Shown piece after piece: positions 18,025 through 27,462 of a stretch of DNA of 64,000 nt (its first letter is position 1; every line of letters begins with the position of its first letter). The notes below the pieces were generated by a model. The model was not told the origin of the DNA. It saw nothing but the letters and a program-made list of their open reading frames with translations, and searched no databases. The translations under genes and the position numbers were made by a program. Source of the DNA: a virus; the IMG/VR virus record IMGVR_UViG_3300046463_000548, positions 32,001 through 96,000 of that record, one strand, 5' to 3'.

Positions 18025-19851
18025 ATGGAAAGCGTATTTTATTATCCAGTGACCCTGCACAGGGGCGCTGTAGCTACACCTGTAGTCGCGGCGTGGGCCC
18101 AGTCACTTCCTAACAGCAACGATATTCAGAGTTTGGTGCTGGTGCTGTCCAGTTCGGAGGGCACGCAAGAGCCTGGTATGTATCTGTGGGATGGATCGCG
18201 TTGGCGTCTGACTATCCCATACCAGAACGTGGCCTATGCCATCATCAACGGCGCGCAACTCGATCTGTATTTTAGTTTGTCCGCACCCGTGCAAACACCC
18301 GCGACGGGAACGGTTGATGTTTGGCGAAACGCCATTGAATTCCCGACCACTTCACTCGCAAGCGAAAACAATCTCGTGTGGGGTGTTTCCTACGTGCCCG
18401 CTGTGGGCGCGGGTGCGGGGACGGTAACGTCGGTCAACAACGTGGGTCCTGACGGTACCGGGAACGTCTCAATCGCAATCTCGAACATTCCGGGCCTGCA
18501 GGCAGCGCTCGCGAATGCTGGTTCGGTCAAGACGGTGGATGGTCAATCACCCGACGCGAACGGCAACATTGTCGTTAGAGCGCAGGATAACAACGCAGCA
18601 TCAGGCGTGTCGCTTATCGCTGATTCGGGTGCGACCACAGGCAACATAAAGCTAACACGCCTAGTAGCGGGTTCAGGTATCACGCTCGCAGCGGATGCTA
18701 ACGGCAACCTGAAGATCAACGGTTCGTCACAGGGCGTAACGCAAGTTACCTCTGAAGGCACGGGGACTTCGTTGATCGGAAATGACGGGACGACGGGTGG
18801 TATCGCCATTCTCAAGTCGCTAGCTGCCGGTTCGAACATCACGATCACACCAGATGCACAGAACCAGACGCTGACCATTACTGCGAATCAGACTATCACT
18901 CCAGCTACAACCTCAGCGCTTGGTGGCGTTATCGTCAAGGCCGGTTTGTCTGTGGATGGTTCGGGCAATCTGTCTTTGGCCGCACCTACGGGTGTGAATC
19001 TCGGTGGCGTGAAAGCTGGTACCGGTATTTCGATAGCAGCAGACGGCACAATCTCAGCTTCCGGCGCGGTGACTTCAGTATCTGGACAGACGGGTGCGGT
19101 TGTAGTCCAAGCATCGGACACGTCAACTGCTTCGGGTACCTCACTAATTAGTGACTCAGGTGCTACGACTGGAAACATCAAGATCAAGCGCGTTGTTGCA
19201 GGCTCCAACATTACGTTGGCGGCTGACGGTAATGGCAACCTGCGGATCAATTCGACGTTGACCTCTGCGGTGACCTCGTTTGCAACGGGCACGTCAGGTC
19301 AGTTGGTTGGTGACATCGTATTTGCTGCGGGTCAGGCGATTTCACTGTCGAACACGGGCAACACGATTCAAATCAACGGTACAGGCGTTCCTGAGGCTCC
19401 CAACGACGGCGGCCTATACGGTCGTCAGAACCAGGGGTGGACGGCGATTCCTGCCACTTCGAATCCGATTGTTGAGGTCAACGGGCAAACGGGTACGGGG
19501 GCTGTGTTGTTGGTTGAGGCATCGCCTCCAGCTAATACCGCTGTCATCAAATCGCTGGTCGCTGGTGCCAACGTCTCGATCACCGATAACTCCGGGCTCA
19601 TCACGATCACTGCGTCGATACCTGGAGGCACGGTCGCTACTGTCAACAGCAAAGGACCCGATGGTTCGGGCAACGTGACGCTTGCTGCCTCTGATGTGTC
19701 TGCGCTTCCTATCGTAGGCGGAACTATGGGCGGGGCCATCAACATGAACTCATTCAAGGTCACGGGGCTACCTACGCCAACTGTTGGGAGTGATGCCGTT
19801 CCTCTCTCGCTCATCACGGGATTGGTAATTGACGGCGGCGTGATTGGTTAA
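18025..19851 (+). CDS. Tail fibre-like protein C
   Basis: Same repeat modules as fibre A; VPEAPNDGGLYGRQNQGW foldon-like motif; C-terminal IDGG. Confidence 0.8.
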   Translation: MESVFYYPVTLHRGAVATPVVAAWAQSLPNSNDIQSLVLVLSSSEGTQEPGMYLWDGSRWRLTIPYQNVAYAIINGAQLDLYFSLSAPVQTPATGTVDVWRNAIEFPTTSLASENNLVWGVSYVPAVGAGAGTVTSVNNVGPDGTGNVSIAISNIPGLQAALANAGSVKTVDGQSPDANGNIVVRAQDNNAASGVSLIADSGATTGNIKLTRLVAGSGITLAADANGNLKINGSSQGVTQVTSEGTGTSLIGNDGTTGGIAILKSLAAGSNITITPDAQNQTLTITANQTITPATTSALGGVIVKAGLSVDGSGNLSLAAPTGVNLGGVKAGTGISIAADGTISASGAVTSVSGQTGAVVVQASDTSTASGTSLISDSGATTGNIKIKRVVAGSNITLAADGNGNLRINSTLTSAVTSFATGTSGQLVGDIVFAAGQAISLSNTGNTIQINGTGVPEAPNDGGLYGRQNQGWTAIPATSNPIVEVNGQTGTGAVLLVEASPPANTAVIKSLVAGANVSITDNSGLITITASIPGGTVATVNSKGPDGSGNVTLAASDVSALPIVGGTMGGAINMNSFKVTGLPTPTVGSDAVPLSLITGLVIDGGVIG

Positions 19852-19866
19852 TGAGGGAAAAAGATA

Positions 19867-21141
19867 ATGAACGTTAATATTCCAGTCGCGCTCCCAAGGA
19901 TACTCACGGCGGGAGTAAAGCCGACAGCAGCGCAGCTTCTTCAGGGGCAATTGTCGATTAATCTGGTGGACCGCAAGCTGTTCACACTCGATAACACTGG
20001 GGCAATCCAACAGATCGGAGTGGCTTTATCGGACCTGTCTGCAGTCGCCGCCACGGGTAGCTATAACGACCTGAAAGACAAGCCAAACATCAGTGGATCG
20101 TATGTGCTGCCCGCTGCGACAGCTACTGTCTTGGGCGGTGTGTTGATCCCTACGGCGGCCGGGTTGTCAGTAGCCGCCAACGGGACACTTACCAATACGG
20201 GTGTGCTGTCCGTCAACTCGCGCACGGGAGCAATCACACTCACAGCTACTGACGTGGGACTGCCTACCGATCTTTTGTCGGGGCCTTCCACAACTGTGGC
20301 ATCGAAGTATCTACCGGCGTCGCTCGGTGGTGCGCTGACGTATCAGACGACGTGGAACGCATCAACGAACACACCTGCTCTCGCTTCGGGTGTTGGCACC
20401 AAGGGCTTCTACTACGTGGTGTCCGTGGCGGGTACCACCAATCTGAATGGGATAAGCACGTGGGGCGTAGGTGATTGGGCTATCTATGATGGCACAGCTT
20501 GGGGGCGCTTGGCTAACTCAAGCTCAGCCGTAGCGTCCGTCAATAGCAAGACGGGTGCGGTCACGCTTACCGCTGCGGACATTACAGGCTTCGCTGCGGT
20601 GGCAACGTCAGGCAACTACAACGACCTGTCGAATAAGCCAACGCCGTACTCGCTGCCCGTAGCGACTACCGCAGCAATCGGCGGTGTGATGCTGACAACC
20701 GCTGCACAGCAAGCGGGTAATTCCGCGACAGGCAAATTGGCGTCGGTTGCGACATCGGGCTCGTACAACGATCTTCTGAATCTGCCTGCAAATCCGAGCG
20801 TCGCGCGACTTCCGGTGAACGTGCAGGGAAATCCGAACGTCATCACCGAAGTGTTTTATGACTTCTCGCAAGCCTGCCAGTTTCCGCAAAACTTTGCGGG
20901 TTCGGTAATCACGGCGAAGCTCATATCAGGGACTACGGCCACCATTCGCATCATGCAATACAACACGGCCAATCCGTCAGGTGTGCAGGTGGGCACGATC
21001 AACGTCGATACGGTCAACGGCACGACGTTTAGTTCAGTGGGTTCCGTCACGTCCTACGCAATCGGGGATGAACTGTCATATCAGTTCGTGACTACGAACA
21101 TCTCGCGTTTCACCGTGACCCTTCAGGGCACGTGGCAGTAG
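19867..21141 (+). CDS. Tail fibre-like protein D
   Basis: N-terminal LLQGQLSINLVDRKLF (Mtd-N/hyaluronidase-type), VATSGxYNDL repeats, C-terminal domain resembling that of fibre A. Confidence 0.8.
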   Translation: MNVNIPVALPRILTAGVKPTAAQLLQGQLSINLVDRKLFTLDNTGAIQQIGVALSDLSAVAATGSYNDLKDKPNISGSYVLPAATATVLGGVLIPTAAGLSVAANGTLTNTGVLSVNSRTGAITLTATDVGLPTDLLSGPSTTVASKYLPASLGGALTYQTTWNASTNTPALASGVGTKGFYYVVSVAGTTNLNGISTWGVGDWAIYDGTAWGRLANSSSAVASVNSKTGAVTLTAADITGFAAVATSGNYNDLSNKPTPYSLPVATTAAIGGVMLTTAAQQAGNSATGKLASVATSGSYNDLLNLPANPSVARLPVNVQGNPNVITEVFYDFSQACQFPQNFAGSVITAKLISGTTATIRIMQYNTANPSGVQVGTINVDTVNGTTFSSVGSVTSYAIGDELSYQFVTTNISRFTVTLQGTWQ

Positions 21142-21163
21142 TAATCGCCAAGGAGAATAAAAA

Positions 21164-22309
21164 ATGGCTGTTCCGCAATTCATAGCAGCGCAAGAAGGTT
21201 TCGACATCTATCCGAATGGTGCCCTAGCTGCTAATTACCCGTGGTTCGTGACGAACGCCGCGCAGCAAGGCCAGATAAATTCGACGGCAGGTGCATTCGG
21301 TGGGTGTGCTTTGACGTTCCCGACTTCAGGTGCGGGATCAACGCTGGTATCGGGATTCGAGTATCAGTTCCCGTCCACCATGAGCATGATTCGAGGCAAC
21401 ACTGCGACGGCAGGTAAAGGGTCGTTTGCTATCAGTGGTTGGCTGAACATCAGCACTATGTCGGCAGGTTCAGGTACGTTGCTCGGCTTAGGTACGGCAG
21501 GTGTTCCGGGCTCGTTCTATCCGTTGCTCAACGTATCTAACAGCACTGCGGGTGGTACGAATCTCCAGTTCATAACAAACATCAACAGCCCGACATCATC
21601 ACCGTACAACTTCAACATTCAGTTGAACACGTACTACTGGGTGCAACTGCAATTCTCGTACTACAGCGCGACGAGCACCGCGTCATCAGCAGTCCTGCAA
21701 GCCACGTACACGATCAACGGTGCTGCTGTACAAACGGACATTCCAGTCACGTGGACCGCTGACGTGTTCTCTGGTGCTCAGATTGCCAATCGGTTGAAGT
21801 TCTACGCATCGAATTTCGTGTCCTATTTCTGGGACGATCTGATGATCCAGGCGGTGAGTGGTGCAGACACGAACTGGCCGTTGGGTGCTGGCGTTAACCC
21901 CACGCCGGAAACCGTACCGTCGATCAGTGCTCGACGCATCTATGCGCTGGCTGCAACCGGCAACGGTTCGCTGACACAGATGACGCCGTCTGGGGCTCAG
22001 CCGAACTGGCAGTCCGCTACAGATACGACAGGTGCCAACTACGTGCTTGCCACCGCCATAGGACAGACGGATACGTACAAGTGGAATGCCCCAGCAATGT
22101 CAGATGTGCGCGCAGTGTCGATTCGCGGCAATTCGAATCGCTACCAGAACTTGAATGGCTCGTTCAAGACATCAGCGGGCGGCACGCTGACACAGATGGC
22201 GACAAATAACGGGGCATCGCGCTACATCGGTATTGCAGAAACCGATGGGACGAATGCATGGACGACTGCGTCGATCAACGCTGCCGAGTTCGGCCAGAGT
22301 TCCAAGTAA
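21164..22309 (+). CDS. Virion beta-sandwich (lectin-like) protein
   Basis: S/T/G/N-rich; EGF...DDLMI...NYV pattern paralogous to the next gene. Confidence 0.65.
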   Translation: MAVPQFIAAQEGFDIYPNGALAANYPWFVTNAAQQGQINSTAGAFGGCALTFPTSGAGSTLVSGFEYQFPSTMSMIRGNTATAGKGSFAISGWLNISTMSAGSGTLLGLGTAGVPGSFYPLLNVSNSTAGGTNLQFITNINSPTSSPYNFNIQLNTYYWVQLQFSYYSATSTASSAVLQATYTINGAAVQTDIPVTWTADVFSGAQIANRLKFYASNFVSYFWDDLMIQAVSGADTNWPLGAGVNPTPETVPSISARRIYALAATGNGSLTQMTPSGAQPNWQSATDTTGANYVLATAIGQTDTYKWNAPAMSDVRAVSIRGNSNRYQNLNGSFKTSAGGTLTQMATNNGASRYIGIAETDGTNAWTTASINAAEFGQSSK

Positions 22310-22322
22310 GGAGTATCTAACA

Positions 22323-24542
22323 ATGACCCTCAAGTACATGCAAGGATTCGAGACGATAGTCGATGATTCCGATCTTCGCGCTCAAGGTTGGGCACCCAAT
22401 CCGGCCAAGGCTTCGGCACGCAACGTACTAACGATTCCCTCGGTTAGCGGAGTATCCGGCTTCAGCTTGCGGCCTATGGGACCTTACAACAACCCCCTTT
22501 CAAGTACGCTATGGGGGTCGGCTTCAGCTAATGACTTTGGCTATTTCAATACGGGCATCACTGTTAATCAGGCGTGGCTCGCAGGAGGCGTGACGTTTGG
22601 ATTTGGCATCAAGTTCAACAGCGGCACGCAGGCAAACTACGGAGCGGGATCAACACTAAACAGTAACCAGGCGTGCTTTGACGGCACACGATACTGGGCG
22701 CTACGCCGTATAGGTAGTTCGACCAATGTCGCTTTTTCGACCGACCTGGTTAACTGGACAGTAGCGCAGAATCAGCCGCCCATTAGTATGGACAGCACCA
22801 CTACCCTAGCGTACATGGGCGGCGGTGTGGTAGCCGTTACAGGCACGGGAGCCGCGAGTACCACTAGCCAAGTGGTTTACTACATTTCGAATCCTACAGG
22901 ATCGTGGTCTACAGTTACGCTAAGAGGTTCTCTGGGTAGTGCAGTGGTTACGGGATGCGCTGGACAGACAGGCAACGCCACCTACCCGCATGTAGTTAGC
23001 ATTGCTTCGGCTGCTGCAGGAACTCTTGGGTCCGTGTTTGTAGGCTCGCTAGGTGGTGCAATGTCCAGCGTCGTTACATTTACTACAACTATCTCTGCGC
23101 AGGCAACCGCGCGAATACGCGTATGCGGTACGATTGTTGTGGCGGCATCTACTAGTCTTCTTGCATCAGCAGACAACACGAGTGGGTCCTTCAATACGGC
23201 AGGTGCATGGACTACGTGTACTCCGTCAAGTTTCAATGGTTATGTGAATGATGTAGCCTACCATCCGACTTCGAATCAATGGATCATCGTCACATCTGCT
23301 GGTATCTACACCATACCAAACAGTGGGGGAAGTGCGGGTACACCTGCGGTACTGCCCTCTGCACCGGCAGCTACTGTTCGGTACTCCACGGTAGGTATGC
23401 TCAATGTGCATCTGGTTGGGACTACATTGATTGCCACCGGCCAGCAAGGTCACATTGTGATCTCGGCTGACGGAGGTAACACGTGGACAGAAAGTGGCGG
23501 TCATCTTTTGCCTGTCGGTACTTCAGGCATTGACTGGCGCACTACTATCTATGATGGTTCACGCTATGTGCTGTTCTCAGACACAACCAGCGGCGTTATA
23601 GCCACGACACCTGATCTGCAGACAAACTATATAGCTCAGTACGCTCAAGAGCCTGCCGAGGTTACTCAAGCTACAGGTAGTACTTTGCTGGGGACTGGAT
23701 TGATTCCGGGAAATGTGCCTTCCGCTACTACGGGGCAGTGGGCAATGGCCAATAGTAGCAATCCGGCGATGCTTCAAATCGGTCCAGTGTCTAGTGGGAG
23801 CCGCAACTACGTCCTTGACGCGTTCAACACGGGGCTTCCGCTGCTCACAGGCACGATCCCAACGACGACGCAGCTATATCATTACATAGAAATTAAGATG
23901 ATAAAGGCTGCGGCCACTGCTAACACCTTCACCGTAGCATTGTATATAGACGGGTTGTTGGCCGGGACATCGGCTTCTATTGCCTATGCGGGTGCGTCGG
24001 ACACAACGGCATTGCTGATTATGGTGTTCCAACGCAACGGCGTGTTTACGGCCATTGATGATATATACGTCACGCTAGACGATGGAGTGGCAGGTACGCT
24101 GCAGGGGCCGCTGGGTATCGTCAACATCGTAGCCCAACGGGGTGAAACCGATACGCAAGCGCAGTGGGTTAAGACGGGCTCGGCAGCATCGAATTCGTTG
24201 TCGGTGAACCAACCAGCGCTGTCCTCGTCTTCTGCTAACTACGTCACGTCGGCTAATGCGGGCGACAAAGACATTTATGGGTCAATCGATGCACTGCCAG
24301 CGGGTTACTCACCCAAGGCTATTCAGAACGAAGCGTACTTCACCAAGACCTCAGGAACTGCGCCGGTCGTTAATATCGGCTCGCTCAGCGGCTCTACCGA
24401 GAGTGACAGTGCCAACGCAACGATCAGCGGTGCGGGTACTACGTACGTGTCGCAGATTCTGGAGAAAGATCCGAACGGGAACGTTGCTTTGACTCCCGCT
24501 GCCGTGAACGCGATGAAGTTCGTGCTGAATCACATAAGCTAA
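22323..24542 (+). CDS. Virion protein with an inserted beta-propeller (BNR/Asp-box), putative receptor-binding protein
   Basis: STDLVNW and SADGGNTW Asp-boxes inside a frame resembling the 21164 protein. Confidence 0.7.
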   Translation: MTLKYMQGFETIVDDSDLRAQGWAPNPAKASARNVLTIPSVSGVSGFSLRPMGPYNNPLSSTLWGSASANDFGYFNTGITVNQAWLAGGVTFGFGIKFNSGTQANYGAGSTLNSNQACFDGTRYWALRRIGSSTNVAFSTDLVNWTVAQNQPPISMDSTTTLAYMGGGVVAVTGTGAASTTSQVVYYISNPTGSWSTVTLRGSLGSAVVTGCAGQTGNATYPHVVSIASAAAGTLGSVFVGSLGGAMSSVVTFTTTISAQATARIRVCGTIVVAASTSLLASADNTSGSFNTAGAWTTCTPSSFNGYVNDVAYHPTSNQWIIVTSAGIYTIPNSGGSAGTPAVLPSAPAATVRYSTVGMLNVHLVGTTLIATGQQGHIVISADGGNTWTESGGHLLPVGTSGIDWRTTIYDGSRYVLFSDTTSGVIATTPDLQTNYIAQYAQEPAEVTQATGSTLLGTGLIPGNVPSATTGQWAMANSSNPAMLQIGPVSSGSRNYVLDAFNTGLPLLTGTIPTTTQLYHYIEIKMIKAAATANTFTVALYIDGLLAGTSASIAYAGASDTTALLIMVFQRNGVFTAIDDIYVTLDDGVAGTLQGPLGIVNIVAQRGETDTQAQWVKTGSAASNSLSVNQPALSSSSANYVTSANAGDKDIYGSIDALPAGYSPKAIQNEAYFTKTSGTAPVVNIGSLSGSTESDSANATISGAGTTYVSQILEKDPNGNVALTPAAVNAMKFVLNHIS

Positions 24543-24554
24543 CGGGAGGCTTGA

Positions 24555-24917
24555 ATGGCTAATCCCGTAAAGGCTCAGGCTGTAGCTCGGCAGGTGCTAG
24601 TGCAGGCGAACCCTGTCGCCAAAGCTCAGGCAGTGGCCCGGCAGGTGCTGCTAACTCAGGGCACCTCGGTCAAAGCCTATGCCGTGGCTCGACAGGTGCT
24701 GGCGACGCCACCTACGAATACGCAAGATTCTAGTGTAGTAGTCGAGGCGGCTGCCTCAGGTTTCATTCCTGCACGAGATTCAGGTGTGGTCGTGGAAGTT
24801 TCGGCGGCTCTTCCGTATCAAGCCAACGACTCTGGCGTGGTGCTGGAGGTCGCTGCGGCTTCGACCGTAACGCCAGCGAAGCCAATGCAGCGCATCGTGT
24901 GGTTCACACCTAGCTAG
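24555..24917 (+). CDS. Small repeat-containing virion protein
   Basis: Three KAxAVARQVL repeats followed by three DSxVVxE repeats; GGAGG RBS. Confidence 0.7.
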   Translation: MANPVKAQAVARQVLVQANPVAKAQAVARQVLLTQGTSVKAYAVARQVLATPPTNTQDSSVVVEAAASGFIPARDSGVVVEVSAALPYQANDSGVVLEVAAASTVTPAKPMQRIVWFTPS

Positions 24918-24920
24918 GAG

Positions 24921-25232
24921 ATGACTATGTCTGATGTTCAACCCAGCATGAATTTGATCGTAGACGATGCGCGCCAGATGGTTCAGGTCTATGACTTCAA
25001 TCAGACTGACTGGAACGCCAACACGGTTTCGATTCCCGACGAATACACGATCCAGTTTCAGCCGTCAGTGGATCAGGGCGTATTGGACGGCATCGCAAAT
25101 GGTCGCGAGGTTTCGTACGCGACGCAGATGGCGTACGCGAATCGCCCGTTCGGCACCGGTTACATAACCGAGTCGTATACGGTGTCGCTGCAGCAGTTGC
25201 TTCCAAAAGACAGCACTACAACGACGGCATAA
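24921..25232 (+). CDS. Hypothetical protein
   Basis: 103-aa ORF with AGGAG upstream. Confidence 0.65.
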   Translation: MTMSDVQPSMNLIVDDARQMVQVYDFNQTDWNANTVSIPDEYTIQFQPSVDQGVLDGIANGREVSYATQMAYANRPFGTGYITESYTVSLQQLLPKDSTTTTA

Positions 25233-25313
25233 CAGCTAAAGAGTTGGGTACGTGAACTCGATTGAGAAAGCGTACCCAACGACATAGGAAGGTCAATTGA
25301 AGAAGGGGGTACC

Positions 25314-25598
25314 GTGAGAGTCGAAGCTGCAAACCGACTTGCCGCAGACGTACTGATGAACAATGAAAACGTGACTGTTGGATTTGATGAAAGCCGGGTA
25401 GGGCAGGTGCATGAGCTAGAGGGTTCCTCTGAACTGCCGATCTATCCGCTTCCTCAGGGACACAATCTGGACGACGGTGTGCTGAAGACGGGCATCGACT
25501 GTGATCCGGAGATGGCACCTATCGAACCCGTGAGCGATCCGGGAGTGCCTGAGCTAAACGCAGCGGCCCGCTTGGCAGCAGCGACACCGAATATCTAA
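25314..25598 (+). CDS. Acidic hypothetical protein
   Basis: GTG start after AGGGGG; AAxRLAA motif at both ends. Confidence 0.6.
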   Translation: MRVEAANRLAADVLMNNENVTVGFDESRVGQVHELEGSSELPIYPLPQGHNLDDGVLKTGIDCDPEMAPIEPVSDPGVPELNAAARLAAATPNI

Positions 25599-25696
25599 AT
25601 ACGTACTGTTCCCCAACACAATTTGATATATGCAGGGACTTTGCGGCAAGTAACGACCTTTACTTGCGTATCAATTTGGGCACGGGGAATACAGTT

Positions 25697-25909
25697 ATGG
25701 ACAAGGTGGACGAGGCTCAAGGGCTGATTGAAGACGTGAGGGAGGACCATATTTCGCACATTCGCTCACGCGTAGGCAAGTCGCTAATCTTCAGCGGCTT
25801 CTGTTACTACTGCTATGAGGGTGTGCGCTCGCCTCATATATTTTGTGATCTTGATTGTCGGGATGACTACGAACGCGAGCAGAGAATGAACAGAATAGAA
25901 GGCCGATAG
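25697..25909 (+). CDS. Small zinc-finger protein
   Basis: CYYC...FCDLDC; MDKVDEAQ N-terminus. Confidence 0.7.
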   Translation: MDKVDEAQGLIEDVREDHISHIRSRVGKSLIFSGFCYYCYEGVRSPHIFCDLDCRDDYEREQRMNRIEGR

Positions 25910-25922
25910 AGCAGAAGCCTCA

Positions 25923-25962
25923 AGAGCCCCGATCCCACAACGCAAGGGATCGGGGCTTTTTT
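25923..25962 (+). terminator. Intrinsic terminator
   Basis: AGCCCCGATCCC / GGGATCGGGGCT followed by a T-tract. Confidence 0.85.
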
Positions 25963-26004
25963 ATTGCAGTTTTATCCAAACTTGCAGAGCTAAGGAGTAA
26001 ATAG

Positions 26005-26397
26005 ATGTCCACAGTCATAGGAAATTGCACGGACTGTATCGTATCGCTTCCGGCGCAACCGACGCATGCGGTAAACCTTCGAGTCCAGACATCAGTGTCG
26101 GACAATATGGTGATCCGCGAGACCGGCGCGTACCAGCAGTCGTATGCGAACGAACAATCATCCGATCTGGTGGTGCAGATCGCAAAGTCGGGGAATTACG
26201 CGCTTCCGTCCGGGACCCAATTCCTCTTCTTGCGTGTGTCCGCGCCGGTCTCAGTGACGGCTGTCGCGGGTGGCGTGTCGATGACGTTCAACGTTGCAGG
26301 ATTTCTCATTCTGGATACGCCGTACTCCGCGATCCAAATTTCGAATCCGAGCGCAACAGCTACAGTAAATATGAATCTGACGTACATCCCAGCCTGA
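26005..26397 (+). CDS. Hypothetical beta-rich protein, probably virion-associated
   Basis: TAAGGAG RBS; flanked by two terminators. Confidence 0.7.
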   Translation: MSTVIGNCTDCIVSLPAQPTHAVNLRVQTSVSDNMVIRETGAYQQSYANEQSSDLVVQIAKSGNYALPSGTQFLFLRVSAPVSVTAVAGGVSMTFNVAGFLILDTPYSAIQISNPSATATVNMNLTYIPA

Positions 26398-26401
26398 AGG
26401 T

Positions 26402-26434
26402 AAAGCCCCGCGCCTAAAAAGCCCGGGGCTTTTT
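26402..26434 (+). terminator. Intrinsic terminator
   Basis: AAAGCCCCG / CGGGGCTTTTT. Confidence 0.75.
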
Positions 26435-26447
26435 CGTTGACTTTATA

Positions 26448-26476
26448 TTGACGAAATGTGCGGACGCTGCTAAATT
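26448..26476 (+). promoter_or_regulatory. sigma70-type promoter
   Basis: TTGACG-17 bp-TAAATT at the head of the accessory region. Confidence 0.6.
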
Positions 26477-26503
26477 TCGGGTAGGGTCTAGTAAATAGGG
26501 TGT

Positions 26504-27022
26504 GTGACTGACTCCAACGAGAAAAGAGAAATGGTACACACCGAACAAGAACTGTTTGACAAAGTTGTGGGGCACCTCGCGCAACAGAAGGTGAAGAGCG
26601 CGCTGTTTAACGAACCTACCGCGCTCGATTCGGAGGGCAACTGGTCCTGCCTTTATCGCGGGCCGAACAACACGCAGTGTGCGTTTGGTGTACTCATTCC
26701 TGATGCGGCTTATACGCCCTTCTTGGAGGGCTTCACGTGCAGAACGCTTCTAAATGAGGCGGAGCGAAAGGTTGCGGGAGAGGCTTTGGATGAATACCTT
26801 TTCACTTTGAATGAATATCGACTTAAAGAGGCGATGACTACCGCATTCGTGGACGCAATGATTCCGTTGATTCCGCACAAGGAACTTTTGCGAGGGCTAC
26901 AGGCCGTCCACGATTCAGACTCTGGCCCGGATTCGTGGGGCTGGCGGCTCGAAACACTCGCAAAACACTGCGGTCTGGAATTCGACCGTGCCGCGTTCGA
27001 ACAAAAAATGAAGGGTGAATAG
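26504..27022 (+). CDS. Hypothetical phage protein
   Basis: CLYRGPNNTQCAFGVLIPD...LQAVHD. Confidence 0.7.
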   Translation: MTDSNEKREMVHTEQELFDKVVGHLAQQKVKSALFNEPTALDSEGNWSCLYRGPNNTQCAFGVLIPDAAYTPFLEGFTCRTLLNEAERKVAGEALDEYLFTLNEYRLKEAMTTAFVDAMIPLIPHKELLRGLQAVHDSDSGPDSWGWRLETLAKHCGLEFDRAAFEQKMKGE

Positions 27023-27462
27023 TGAATCTCGCTAGAGAAAAAATCCTCGAAGTTCTGGACCAGCACGGGCCCCAAACTCGTTACGCTGATGCGTGGACAG
27101 ACGAACACCACATAGCGTTCGCTCAAGGGATTCTTGAAGCGGCCAGCGCGCAGCGTCCGGACATTTCGGAGTTTGAAGAACTGCTGGATGATCTGGCGGG
27201 TGCGGTTGCCGAGACGGCAGTATTCAACGTAACTCAGCGCTCGATGACCGTTCGTATGGTTCGGCCGCGCCGGATAGCCGTCCTGAAGTTCGTATCTGAT
27301 TTGGTGGCACGCGTTTCAAACAGGCAGCAAGCCGGTTACGTGATGAAACACAAGACGGGTCCTGCTCGTGGTTTTTCGTGGGATGCAAACGACAAGCAGT
27401 TCAGTGCCGACTGGATTCGAATCCCCGCATTTATCGAACAAAATGAACAAGACAAAAATTGA
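27022..27462 (+). CDS. Hypothetical protein
   Basis: ORF coupled to the upstream gene. Confidence 0.6.
   Translation: MNLAREKILEVLDQHGPQTRYADAWTDEHHIAFAQGILEAASAQRPDISEFEELLDDLAGAVAETAVFNVTQRSMTVRMVRPRRIAVLKFVSDLVARVSNRQQAGYVMKHKTGPARGFSWDANDKQFSADWIRIPAFIEQNEQDKN

Noticed and set aside
19867-21141. Diversity-generating retroelement target (Mtd-like N-terminus)
   Set aside because: No reverse transcriptase and no template/variable repeat pair differing at adenines was seen in the window
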